Shown here in pieces: positions 27,100-36,926 of a stretch of 64,000 bases of DNA. The notes under the pieces are model-generated. The model was given only the letters and a program-made list of their open reading frames with translations. It had not been told where the DNA came from and made no database searches. Within the stretch, counting starts at the first letter, position 1. Every line of letters begins with the position of its first letter. Made by a program: the position numbers and the translations under genes. The DNA is from an uncultured Candidatus Saccharibacteria bacterium. GTDB lineage: Bacteria; Patescibacteriota; Minisyncoccia; SW-4-49-11. Where the stretch lies: NCBI GenBank assembly GCA_964585065.1, contig CAZPCB010000001.1:14037-78036 (forward strand). The letters are read 5' to 3'.

Positions 27100-29817
27100 T
27101 TAATTAAAGTCTTTTTGGCGGAATATTTTTCTCCACACAAATCGTCGAGTATGAGCTAAGGCAACATAGAATACCGGATAGGCAAATATTACCAATAGGG
27201 TACTAGATGCAAGTCCGAATACCAATGCATAGGCAAGTCCTTCCCAGAATGGGTCAGCAAAGGCTAGAGGAAGTATACCCACAATAGTTGAGAGAGAAGT
27301 AGTAATCAAAGCTCGGAAACGATATTTTATTGCCCCAGAAATTGATTCTCGAATAGATCCCGTTTCTTCTAAGACTGTATTAGAATAGTCGAGTAAGAGA
27401 ATAGTATTATTAACCACAATACCGACTAATCCCGTAATACCAATTAAGGCAAAGAAGCTTAATGGGTTATTGGTCAAATAGAGTCCAAAGAATAATCCAG
27501 GGAATGAGAATGGGACAGCCATTAAGATTAGGAATGGTTGACTCAAGGAATTGAATTGCAATACCAAGAGTATATACATAATGATAATAGCCGCAATAAG
27601 AGCAAATATCGCAGATTGGAAGGAGTCAAGATTTTCTCCTTGTTGTCCTAGATCAAATGCAACTCCATCTTTGGCTAAACTATACTTGGAGCGGAATTCA
27701 TCAGTATCAAATTTTTCTTTCATAGCTGTCTGAGCTTCTAATACCAAATTAGTATTCTCAGGGTCAGACACAGCAACTTGTACTGAGGCATAACGACGTC
27801 CATCTTTTCGAGTAATAGTATCAATATTATTGATGATTACATCTTTTATTTCACCACCATTTAATTTAATATCCTTGGTAAAGTCTCGAATTTCTTTAGT
27901 TGAATTCTCAAGAGTTTTTTGATCATCTGAGAATACTTGGAAAGTAATTTGATAATCATCAGTTGGAGGCCCAGCTCCAGATATACCTGCCTTTACTTTC
28001 AAATCCTTAAGCTTTACATTATCTGCAATCTTATCATTAATCTCGGATACAATAGTAGCTGAAGTTTTCTCTCTTTCTCCAAGAGGGGTAAGAGTAATAT
28101 ACATTAATACTCCATTTGAATCAGCATTAAAGTAGGTAATATCATCAATATACTCAGCATTGGTATCCTTTATGATTTTCTCAATTTCCTTAGTAGTATC
28201 AATAGATTTCTGAATATCACGATTATCCTTTAATATAGAAGTAACCGTAATTTCATTGGTATCTTTGGCTGGAGCAAAAATAGCAAATTTAAGCTTAGTT
28301 GCAGTAAATATTCCTCCACCAATAAGAGCAATTGTTAATACAAATATTATAGTACTACGCCATATATTATTAAGATACCAATTAGTATACTGATATACCT
28401 TAATATTAATCCAATCAATAATACCAGGAACAAAATAGAGAACATTATACAATGCTTTACTAATACCTTTGCGCTTTACTTTAACTCCAGTCTCAGCCTC
28501 ATAATGAGGTAATACCAGATTTGCAAAGAAAGGAATCAGAGTAAGACTTACAATAAGAGATAAAGCTAAAGTCAAGATAACGGTAATAGGAATAAGCTTA
28601 ATAAATTCTCCTAAAGTACCAGATACAAGAGCAATAGGAATAAAGGCTAGAATGGTAGTAACAGTTCCTGATATATCAGCTAGCCCAACAGTATTAATGG
28701 CCTTTATAACCGCTTGTTTACCTCGGTGTCCCGCTTTACGGGCATTATCAATAGCATCAATCACGAGAATGGCATCATCTGCGATTAATCCAATCACTAG
28801 AATAAGACCAAATAAAGTAAGAGTATTAAGAGAATATCCAATTAGATATAATCCTAAAGAAGTAAGTGCAATAGAGACAGGGATGAATACCGCAATAACC
28901 ACAGAAGCCCTCCAGTTCACAATTAATATCATAATAATCATTACTGCAAGAAGCCCAGATATAGCACTTTCCTGGAGTAAAGATAATTGAGCTTTGAGTG
29001 AATTAGAAGCATCTCCACCACCAAATATCACATCATATCCATCTAAATCCCCTGAATCTTTGAGCTTTTGAACTTTATCTTGAATAGCCTGTGAGAATTC
29101 AATAGTACCAACATTAGTGTCTCTGACAGCACCAATAAGAATGGCATCAGTAAATACTAATTTATTATCAGCATTACGATGAGCAGATCTTCCAAATTTA
29201 ATTTGCTCTAAATTAGATTCTCCCGTAATAGGATTCGTTTGAACTTCTTGTAAATCAATTACATTTGTTCGAGTAACTGAATTAACAGCATCTATTTCCT
29301 TTGCAACAAAAGTTGCTTTATCTTGTAATTCTTGAGTAGATTTCCCATTGCCAATCAAACTAAATACCAAATCATTTTCTCCATCAAAAGAAGCAGCATT
29401 AATAGTGACAAAAGAGGATTTTGTATCCTTTGGTAAATTAATTCCATTCACCGCATCTTCTAATAATTTTGCCCCAGCCTTAGAAGTTGTACCTTCTTTG
29501 AACTCGACTGTAATATTAGAGAAATTATCAGCGCTGGTAGAGGTAATAGCTTTAATCTCCTGTATGCTTCCAATAGCCGATTCAATTGGGCCGGTAACAT
29601 CTTTATCTACAAGCCCTTTGTCATTAACAAAATAAGGCGTTTGAATAAGGGCAACCGGAACCTCAATAGTAGGGAAGCCTTCTCGTTTAAGGAATGTGGT
29701 ATAAGCCGCAGTTCCAATTGCAAGAATACCCACTAATAAAAGAACAGTAATTCGCCATTTATTCAGGAAGAATAAGGCAATTTTTGTTAATGCATCTGGT
29801 TTATTGGATGTATCCAT
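27100..29817 (-). CDS. RND-superfamily / MMPL-type exporter membrane protein
   Basis: 905 aa with two blocks of about 6 TM helices each, separated by large extracytoplasmic loops. 'GLIADDAILVIDAIDN' resembles the RND/MMPL TM4 motif. Confidence 0.55.
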   Translation of the reverse strand: MDTSNKPDALTKIALFFLNKWRITVLLLVGILAIGTAAYTTFLKREGFPTIEVPVALIQTPYFVNDKGLVDKDVTGPIESAIGSIQEIKAITSTSADNFSNITVEFKEGTTSKAGAKLLEDAVNGINLPKDTKSSFVTINAASFDGENDLVFSLIGNGKSTQELQDKATFVAKEIDAVNSVTRTNVIDLQEVQTNPITGESNLEQIKFGRSAHRNADNKLVFTDAILIGAVRDTNVGTIEFSQAIQDKVQKLKDSGDLDGYDVIFGGGDASNSLKAQLSLLQESAISGLLAVMIIMILIVNWRASVVIAVFIPVSIALTSLGLYLIGYSLNTLTLFGLILVIGLIADDAILVIDAIDNARKAGHRGKQAVIKAINTVGLADISGTVTTILAFIPIALVSGTLGEFIKLIPITVILTLALSLIVSLTLIPFFANLVLPHYEAETGVKVKRKGISKALYNVLYFVPGIIDWINIKVYQYTNWYLNNIWRSTIIFVLTIALIGGGIFTATKLKFAIFAPAKDTNEITVTSILKDNRDIQKSIDTTKEIEKIIKDTNAEYIDDITYFNADSNGVLMYITLTPLGEREKTSATIVSEINDKIADNVKLKDLKVKAGISGAGPPTDDYQITFQVFSDDQKTLENSTKEIRDFTKDIKLNGGEIKDVIINNIDTITRKDGRRYASVQVAVSDPENTNLVLEAQTAMKEKFDTDEFRSKYSLAKDGVAFDLGQQGENLDSFQSAIFALIAAIIIMYILLVLQFNSLSQPFLILMAVPFSFPGLFFGLYLTNNPLSFFALIGITGLVGIVVNNTILLLDYSNTVLEETGSIRESISGAIKYRFRALITTSLSTIVGILPLAFADPFWEGLAYALVFGLASSTLLVIFAYPVFYVALAHTRRFVWRKIFRQKDFN

Positions 29818-29930
29818 ACTGATAATTAATTACTACATAGAGTTACTGCATTCAGTATATACGATATATAGGTTTCTAGCAAACAAAATAATAGATTGCT
29901 AAATGAAAAAGAGGAGATTTTTTTAATATA

Positions 29931-30188
29931 TTATTTTTTTGTATAAATAAATTTTTGAATAGCAAGAATAAACCACAAGATAACCGTGATAGCCGTAACA
30001 ATAGTAGATAACCATAATTGCAGAGACGCAAAAGACAAACCAACAGCAGTTAGCGATAGAGCATAGGGAATAGAAGTCCAATAACTTACTGGTCCAGTTT
30101 TAGTCTGAAACCCTAATATCACTTGAGGGATCAGGGATATAGAAATAATAATACTGGCAATAGTAATAACAATATCTTGTATATTCAT
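29931..30188 (-). CDS. small membrane protein (hypothetical, about 3 TM helices)
   Basis: 85-aa hydrophobic ORF. No further evidence. Confidence 0.3.
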   Translation of the reverse strand: MNIQDIVITIASIIISISLIPQVILGFQTKTGPVSYWTSIPYALSLTAVGLSFASLQLWLSTIVTAITVILWFILAIQKFIYTKK

Positions 30189-30272
30189 AAAATAATTTAG
30201 TATATATGTATAGTAAACCGATATATAACTCTAGTCAATAAATCAAATATCTGATAAAATAAGCAAGATATT

Positions 30273-30358
30273 GGAGAGTTCGCATAGTTGGTCTAGTGCG
30301 CACGCTTGGAAAGCGTGTATACCGAAAGGTATCAAGAGTTCGAATCTCTTACTCTCCG
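30273..30358 (+). tRNA. tRNA-Ser (anticodon GGA)
   Basis: Manual fold. Acceptor GGAGAGT/ACTCTCC. Anticodon stem CACGC/GCGTG with loop TTGGAAA (GGA). Long variable arm 'tataccgaaaggtat'. T-arm AAGAG-TTCGAAT-CTCTT. Discriminator G. Confidence 0.85.
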
Positions 30359-30521
30359 CAAAATCCCCCCCAGCCCCGTCTCGGACACCTACGGTTTCCG
30401 ACACTCGGGAATAAATCCCTCGCTGCCTTCCTGCACGGGGGATTTTGCCTTCATACATACGATGTATGAAATCCTGAAGGAAGTTTTATAGATTCGAACT
30501 CGGGAAGGGTATATGGTTTTT

Positions 30522-30595
30522 TGTCTCCCTTTGGAGGCTTTCGTCCCTCCTATATTTATTTAGGAGGGGGAGTACCCGTAGGGTGAGGGTTTCAA
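30522..30595. repeat. GC-rich palindromic repeat, module 3-related copy ('tgtctccctttggagg...gagtacccgtagggtgaggg')
   Basis: Shares 'tgtcYtccYtttggagg' and 'cccgtagggtg' with the 7287 and 3028 copies but carries an internal insertion ('ctttcgtccctcctatatttatttaggaggggg' hairpin). Confidence 0.5.
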
Positions 30596-30764
30596 GGAGC
30601 AAATCCCATTTGCGACGAGTTCGGAATCTCTCTCCGTATGAGTATTCTCAAAAACTTCATAATTAGTTTAGTATATATACTGGCGTGAAGAGAATGAAAA
30701 GTATATAATATATAGAGATTTAATAAGCTAAGAAAGTAGAAGAGGTACCGTTAAAACAGTAATT

Positions 30765-31226
30765 ATGAAACAAAATAATTTGGGTAAATTATCAAAAGGA
30801 ATAACAGGAATAGCAGGTGAATACTATGTCGCGGGTGAATTATCAAGACGTGGTTATATGGCTTCTATTACTTTACGAAATAACGATAGTATTGATATTC
30901 ATGCTTCTAATTTAGTGGACAATAAAATATTTGCAATACAAGTAAAGACGAGTCAATATTCTGGACGCAAATGGCCTGTTGGACAAAAGGCTGAAAACTT
31001 GCATTCAGGCAATATGTTTTATATCTTTGTTGCGTTTAAAAAAATAGACGAACGACCTGAATATTTTATCGTTCCAAGTAAAGACGTTGCTAAACACGTA
31101 AAAGAGGGACATAAAAAATGGCTTGAAACACCAGGTAAAAAAGGGCAAACGCATAAAGATACATCCATGCGACAATTCAGTGACAAGGACGGAAAATATT
31201 TAGAACGTTGGGATCTTTTAATGTAA
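30765..31226 (+). CDS. hypothetical protein, possible PD-(D/E)XK-fold nuclease-like
   Basis: 'GIAGEYYVAGELSRRGY...DSIDIHA...FAIQVKTS' fits a GE...D...(E/Q)xK arrangement. Inference only. Confidence 0.35.
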   Translation: MKQNNLGKLSKGITGIAGEYYVAGELSRRGYMASITLRNNDSIDIHASNLVDNKIFAIQVKTSQYSGRKWPVGQKAENLHSGNMFYIFVAFKKIDERPEYFIVPSKDVAKHVKEGHKKWLETPGKKGQTHKDTSMRQFSDKDGKYLERWDLLM

Positions 31227-31303
31227 AAGATGTAACACCCGATACCCCCCCTATTTCCTTTTATATGATATAATACAGGTATATAATATCTAAACTCAAC
31301 ACT

Positions 31304-31789
31304 ATGTCATTCTATGATCTTGCTTTTAACGATACTGCGGGGAATATCATCTCTATACAACAATTTCAAGGGCAAGTTCTTTTACTCGTGAATACAGCAA
31401 CTAAATGTGGTCTAGCTCCGCAATTTGTGGATCTGGAGAAATTGCATCAAGAGTATAAAGATAAGGGCTTAACTGTTATTGGCTTTCCTTGTAATCAATT
31501 TGCGGGTCAAGAACCTGAGAGCAATGAAACGGTAGTAAATGTATGTCAGATAAATTATGGAGTTACTTTTTTACTTTCAGAAAAAATTGATGTAAATGGA
31601 GAGAATACTCATCCTGTATTCACATATCTCAAAGATAATGCAAATTCTGGTATTTTGGGGGATGACATAAAGTGGAATTTTACTAAATTTTTAGTTTCCG
31701 CAGACGGACTTACTATTAATCGCTATGCACCTACGACAAACCCAATGGATATAAAGGAAGATATTGAATTATTCTTGCAAAAGATATAA
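31304..31789 (+). CDS. gpx: glutathione peroxidase
   Basis: 'LLVNTATKCGLAPQFVDLEKL...KGLTVIGFPCNQFAGQEP...WNFTKFLV' are conserved GPx motifs, with Cys in place of Sec. Confidence 0.85.
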   Translation: MSFYDLAFNDTAGNIISIQQFQGQVLLLVNTATKCGLAPQFVDLEKLHQEYKDKGLTVIGFPCNQFAGQEPESNETVVNVCQINYGVTFLLSEKIDVNGENTHPVFTYLKDNANSGILGDDIKWNFTKFLVSADGLTINRYAPTTNPMDIKEDIELFLQKI

Positions 31790-31835
31790 TGTCTCTGTTT
31801 GTGGTATAATAAACTCAATAGGTAACTATTCTACT

Positions 31836-32231
31836 ATGAACACATATAATTGGTACGAAAATCTCATCAAACCGTCCTGGGCTCCTCCTTCCTATTTATT
31901 CGGATCGGTATGGTCTATATTGTATCTGATTATATTTGCTAGTTTCGGTACAGTATTCTATCAAGTGGCCATAGGGAGAATTCCATGGATAGTAGCTTTA
32001 CCTTTTATACTCAATTTAGTATTCAATGCTGCTTTCTCACCACTGCAATTTGGGCTCAGGAATAATCTATTAGCCTCTATAGATATTATCTTATTATTGA
32101 TTACCCTTATCTGGGCTATGATTGCTATTTGGCCATATATGCGTTGGGTGACTTATATTAGTATTCCATATTTGCTTTGGGTTTCCTTTGCAACTATATT
32201 ACAGGTGAGTATAACCTATTTGAATAGATAA
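31836..32231 (+). CDS. tspO: TspO/MBR family (tryptophan-rich sensory protein)
   Basis: 'WYENLIKPSWAPPSYLFGSVWSILY' and five TM helices. ATG at 31836. Confidence 0.7.
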   Translation: MNTYNWYENLIKPSWAPPSYLFGSVWSILYLIIFASFGTVFYQVAIGRIPWIVALPFILNLVFNAAFSPLQFGLRNNLLASIDIILLLITLIWAMIAIWPYMRWVTYISIPYLLWVSFATILQVSITYLNR

Positions 32232-32254
32232 AAGTATATAAATGAAGAAATAAT

Positions 32255-33115
32255 ATGGAAAATTTTGAAAATTATTCATCAAGATTCTCAGAAGAAGTTG
32301 AAGAGAAAGAGATAGAAATAACCCCAGAGCAAAAGGAAATTCTGGAATCAGCAACAAAATTTGCAGAATATCTGACTAATCGCTATCCACAAGTTGATAA
32401 TACAGAGGGTATTGAGCCTCAAATTAACTATTATCTTTCAGGTTCTTTAGCTACTATGCTTTTATCTCAAGCAGAGACATGTATTGAGGTAGATGAAAAA
32501 CTGACTGAATTAAGTATAAGAGAAGTACCAGAATCTACCCAAGATATATTAACTTCTTTTTCTCGACAAATTGGGGATTTAGATTATGTACCTACTGCGC
32601 ATTATAGAGATAATCCTATGAGATTAAAAAAGGGTGGAGGAGGACCTTCTTTTGATGAAGTGCCTGAAGAGGGGCTTAGGGCTTTGAAAAGAGGGGAGAA
32701 TCAATTCAAAATTATGTGCGATCCGGTTGAGTCATATGAGGTAAAGAAAATTGCTAAAATTAAGGTTGAGGATAAAGATTATTATATTGCAAGACCAGAT
32801 ACTATGCTTGCATATAAAATATTGCATATTCTTCAAAGCTATGAACAGAAGCCAGAGAAGTTTAATTCCGATTTTGGAAAATTATTCGGAGCATTAGGGG
32901 ATATGTATACAGAAGAAGAAATAGAAACTATTACTCGGGAGATACTAGTCAATTATGAGAGTGAAATGCAAAGTATACATAATCAATTTAATGATACAGA
33001 TACCTCTCCTGCTTATCAAAAACAAATTCCTCAATATATGCAAAAAGTCTTATCTCATGAAGCTATTTCTCCTGAAATAAGAAATATATTAGAGAAATTA
33101 AGAGATTCAATATAA
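32255..33115 (+). CDS. hypothetical acidic protein
   Basis: 286-aa ORF. No recognisable family. Confidence 0.4.
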   Translation: MENFENYSSRFSEEVEEKEIEITPEQKEILESATKFAEYLTNRYPQVDNTEGIEPQINYYLSGSLATMLLSQAETCIEVDEKLTELSIREVPESTQDILTSFSRQIGDLDYVPTAHYRDNPMRLKKGGGGPSFDEVPEEGLRALKRGENQFKIMCDPVESYEVKKIAKIKVEDKDYYIARPDTMLAYKILHILQSYEQKPEKFNSDFGKLFGALGDMYTEEEIETITREILVNYESEMQSIHNQFNDTDTSPAYQKQIPQYMQKVLSHEAISPEIRNILEKLRDSI

Positions 33116-33216
33116 ATTATGAAATATCTCGCTTAATTATGGAAAACTTTGAATAAAGACGAATACCAGAGACAGAAATTGAGGAAAATGAAGTAGAAAA
33201 GCCAAAATTTTTTGAT

Positions 33217-34045
33217 ATGGAAGTGGTTTTAGATAGTATAATGACTATCGAGGAATACAGCAAAATTGAACATGTAAGACCTTATATTTTTGAATTGAAA
33301 GCTGGAGAAAAAGAACTGTATTATTTTGGATCGCCTCACATAAGCGACCCAAGCAATCCTCTATTCGCAGAAATTGAGGCCGCTTTTAATAGAGCGAATC
33401 CTGATATTGTTTTTGTCGAGGGTATGCATATTCGGGGAGATAAAACAAAATTTAATGAGAGTGTCAAATCTGCCACCCGCGAGGAAGCAATAGATAGTAT
33501 GGGTGAATCTGGACTCACCTTAAAATTAGGAGTTGAGAAAGGAATTGATTGGGAATCGCCCGAACCAACCGATGAGGATTTATATAATCATCTACGTAGT
33601 GAAGGATTTTCTCAAGACGAAATATTTGCATGGGATGTTTTTAACATTCTCCCACAATATAACCGTCAAATGAAACGAGAGGGATTTGAAAGATATATTT
33701 CGGGATTTATTGACCGATTCAAACGAACAACCAACTGGGAAAGTTTTTGATTATTCATACGAGCGCGCAATTAAACTAGGTGAACAAATTTTTGGCGAAG
33801 AGGTGGATGTTGAAAATGATTTAAACGCTCCAAATCGAGTTGATCCAATACCATGGGATGAAAAGAAAGAAACACAAACAGTTTTGAATCGAATTAGTGA
33901 AGCTTCTATGATTATGAGAGATAAAAAAATTGTTGAAGATATTCTTGAAGGGTTCAAAGCACACAAGCGAGTTTTTGTCGTATATGGTGCAAGCCATGCT
34001 GTGATTCAAGAACCAGCTTTAAAAAGAGCATTTGAATCAATATAG
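33217..34045 (+). pseudogene. TraB/GumN-family-like gene interrupted by a +1 frameshift at a T5 homopolymer (about 33746)
   Basis: ORFs 33217-33750 and 33686-34045 overlap in different frames. Deleting one T from 'gaaagtttttgat' gives a continuous reading '...TTNWESFDYSYERAIKLG...'. C-terminal 'RVFVVYGASHAV' resembles the GxxH motif of TraB/GumN. Confidence 0.45.
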
Positions 34046-34047
34046 TA

Positions 34048-34335
34048 TTACTCCAAATTCTTAAACCACTTTTTGGCACTTTCTCTGCGATGTGGGCAGC
34101 CAGGCCAGCAACAAGGTCTTTTTTCTCCCATAAGTATTTCTTCAGATAGACGGACAAGATGATTGGCTCGAGTTTCGGGTTTTTTGACTATGGTAATATA
34201 ACAAATCCATTCATTACGAGCAAGGTCAGTGAGATTATTCCATTTTTCAAGCAAGGCATCATTACTCAATAATAATTCTCTCAAATCATCAGGGATATCA
34301 TGTACTAATCCTGGGGCTATTTTTTTTGCATTCAT
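34048..34335 (-). CDS. YdeI/OmpD-associated-like small protein (KRPCCWPGCPHR motif)
   Basis: 95 aa with 'EWICYITIVKKPETRANHLVRL...KRPCCWPGCPHRRE'. Family assignment is from memory and carries moderate confidence. Confidence 0.4.
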   Translation of the reverse strand: MNAKKIAPGLVHDIPDDLRELLLSNDALLEKWNNLTDLARNEWICYITIVKKPETRANHLVRLSEEILMGEKRPCCWPGCPHRRESAKKWFKNLE

Positions 34336-34447
34336 AAATGAAATATAAATATAGTATTAGTATATAGAATATTGAGCGATTTATCAATATAGAATTGACA
34401 TCAATTTGGTATTAGGATATTCTTAAAAAGTTGTCGCATTCAAATCA

Positions 34448-34852
34448 ATGTCTGAAACTCTGACAAGAAATTTTTACGAGGATGCTATAGCTTGGGGGAA
34501 ACTCAATTATCCCGATAGTCCAGAAGAACATCATATAGGATTTGCGAGCATTATTGCTTTTGCTTGTAAAACACCGGTTATACGTAGCCAGGTCATGAAT
34601 ACTATGAGGACATATGTTGCTATTAATATGCTTTTATTGAGGGGGCAACCTGGTAAATTTAATTTTGAGGAAGCAATAGAGTATTTTGCTCAGAATTGCT
34701 ATGGCTCTATTACTCAAGAGCATGCAGCTGTATATAAGCAATGTAGATTTAAGGGCGATTGTCCTGAAGATATAATTGCGGCTGAGTTAATGCTACAACA
34801 CAGACAACCAAGTCCTCCACATGAATATGTTCGCGACAGGGAGGCTATATAG
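34448..34852 (+). CDS. hypothetical protein
   Basis: 134-aa ORF with slightly elevated GC. No family recognised. Confidence 0.35.
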   Translation: MSETLTRNFYEDAIAWGKLNYPDSPEEHHIGFASIIAFACKTPVIRSQVMNTMRTYVAINMLLLRGQPGKFNFEEAIEYFAQNCYGSITQEHAAVYKQCRFKGDCPEDIIAAELMLQHRQPSPPHEYVRDREAI

Positions 34853-34931
34853 GCTTCCCTTTTTATTTGACGGTCTGTATTGACAAAATAGTTAAAATAG
34901 AGTATTTTTATAGGGTGTTCTTGTAAAGCTA

Positions 34932-35216
34932 ATGATTATTGAAATTACCAACAAAGCTCAAGTTGTTCCCACAGCAAAAGCTATTGTGGAGAGGCAAGAT
35001 GATTGGTCTGAGGCTCAGGGAATAGTCTACATTAATTTAATGAATTTTTTTGCAGGAACAGGAGGATTTGTTCCACCATTTATGGACCATATTCACTCTA
35101 TATTGGATCTGCGTGAAGTTCTTCAAGTTGGCCATAGCAATGTGTTTGGGTTTATGAGTTATGAAGAAGCTAATACTCTGATCACAACACATCCTGGGTT
35201 TGAAGCCCTGAGGTGA
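34932..35216 (+). CDS. hypothetical protein
   Basis: 94-aa ORF. Weak support. Confidence 0.3.
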   Translation: MIIEITNKAQVVPTAKAIVERQDDWSEAQGIVYINLMNFFAGTGGFVPPFMDHIHSILDLREVLQVGHSNVFGFMSYEEANTLITTHPGFEALR

Positions 35217-35279
35217 AATACGGTTTACTTTGGGAGATATCAATGATATCTCCTTTTTTCTTTATGCTATAATACATAT

Positions 35280-35993
35280 ATGAAATCATTAGTATATACA
35301 TCTGATTCCCGTGGTAAGGCTGATTATGATTGGCTCAAAACCAATTATAGTTTTAGCTTTGCTGAATATTATAATGAAAACCGTATGGGATTTGGGGCTT
35401 TGCGCGTACTCAATGATGATAGTATAGCAGGGGGTAAAGGATTTGGAGCTCATCCTCATAATAATATGGAGATTATCACTATACCTCTATCAGGAGGATT
35501 AGAACATAAAGATAATATGGGTAATGTGGCAGTGTCAAAGCCTGGGGATATACAGGTTATGAGTGCGGGTAGCGGCGTATTTCATAGTGAATTCAATGCT
35601 CATACTGATGAGGCTGTAAGCTTACTCCAAATTTGGGTTATCCCAAATACAATGAATATAGTACCACGCTATGAGCAGAGATATTTTGATATATATAGCC
35701 AGCCTAATATATTCCACCAAATTATCTCACCTATTGAGAGGGGAGAAGAGGGAATAGGTATATATCAGGATGCCTGGTTTCAAAGAACCTATGTAGAAAA
35801 GGATAAAATACTAGATTATACGCTCAAAAAATTAGGAAATAGGATATATATTTTTGTGATATCAGGTGGAATTAAAGTGAATAATCAAGAATTACATACA
35901 AGAGATGCAGTCGGCATATGGGATACTGAGGAGGAAATTCATATTGAGGCAATTCAAAATGCTGAGTTTATATTGATAGAAGTTCCCCTATAA
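35280..35993 (+). CDS. pirin family protein (bicupin)
   Basis: 'GFGAHPHNNMEIITIPLSGGLEHKDNMGN...GDIQVMSAGSGVFHSEFN' is the pirin metal-binding His/Glu motif. Confidence 0.85.
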   Translation: MKSLVYTSDSRGKADYDWLKTNYSFSFAEYYNENRMGFGALRVLNDDSIAGGKGFGAHPHNNMEIITIPLSGGLEHKDNMGNVAVSKPGDIQVMSAGSGVFHSEFNAHTDEAVSLLQIWVIPNTMNIVPRYEQRYFDIYSQPNIFHQIISPIERGEEGIGIYQDAWFQRTYVEKDKILDYTLKKLGNRIYIFVISGGIKVNNQELHTRDAVGIWDTEEEIHIEAIQNAEFILIEVPL

Positions 35994-36072
35994 ACAAGGG
36001 TATAAACTTTAGACAAGGTATTTATTTTATGATATTCTATATGAAATGTGTAGAAATTAATATGAAAGTAGT

Positions 36073-36690
36073 ATGATTATCACGATTGATGGGCCAGGAG
36101 GAACAGGAAAAAGTAGTACCGCTCAATCACTGGCAAAACGATTAGGATATTTTCATCTCAATTCTGGATCTTTATATCGATGGATTACCTATAATGCTCT
36201 CAATCAACATCTAAATCTTAGAGACTCAGATGTTTTGATAACATTAGCTGAGGGCTTAGACTATAATAGTATTGATTATAATGTGCTCCAAAATCAAGAT
36301 GTCTCAGATAATGTAGCAACAATTGCAAAAATTCCAGAAATTCGAGATAAGGTTTTAGATATTCAACGTAAATTTGCAAAGGATAAAAATATTGTAGTTG
36401 AAGGTAGAGATATTGGGACTAGGGTATTTCCTGAAGCTGATTATAAATTCTATTTTACCGCTTCACTCGATATACGGGCTCAACGTAGATATAGACAATT
36501 ACAAAAAGCAGGTATAGAGGGAGATTTAGAACATATTAAAATTTCAATAGCTGAGAGGGATAGACAAGATATTGAGCGAGAACATGCTCCTCTCAAAAAA
36601 GCTGATGATGCTATTGAAATTGATACCAATAATATTACCGTTGACGAGGGAGTAGATATTATCCTAGAAAAAATCAAAGTATTGTCATAA
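36073..36690 (+). CDS. cmk: cytidylate kinase
   Basis: P-loop 'ITIDGPGGTGKSSTAQSLAKRLGYFHLNSGSLYR' and 'GRDIGTRVFPEADYKFYFTASLDIRAQRR'. Confidence 0.85.
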   Translation: MIITIDGPGGTGKSSTAQSLAKRLGYFHLNSGSLYRWITYNALNQHLNLRDSDVLITLAEGLDYNSIDYNVLQNQDVSDNVATIAKIPEIRDKVLDIQRKFAKDKNIVVEGRDIGTRVFPEADYKFYFTASLDIRAQRRYRQLQKAGIEGDLEHIKISIAERDRQDIEREHAPLKKADDAIEIDTNNITVDEGVDIILEKIKVLS

Positions 36691-36926
36691 AAAGAAAAGT
36701 CCCCACCAGCATCACAACAGGTGGGGCTCAGTCTGGGAATGGGAGTTATATCAACTTGTCTGATTTTGTGCTCAGACTGGGGCGAAGTTAATAGCAACTC
36801 CTTGGGGATGGATGAACCCAGCTTCATCAGGTATAGTATACATACATAAAATATATTTGTCAACTTATAACAAATATGACGTGTATTGGAGAAAAAAGAG
36901 GAGCATTGCTCCTCTCAGATTTGGCT

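Noticed and set aside
33217-34045. Treating 33217-33750 and 33686-34045 as two independent overlapping genes
   Set aside because: A single-base change in a T5 run joins them into one coherent protein, so a frameshift is the simpler explanation.
36480-36863. 127-aa minus-strand ORF
   Set aside because: It overlaps the well-supported cmk gene on the opposite strand and extends into the GC-rich spacer. It shows no protein-like features.
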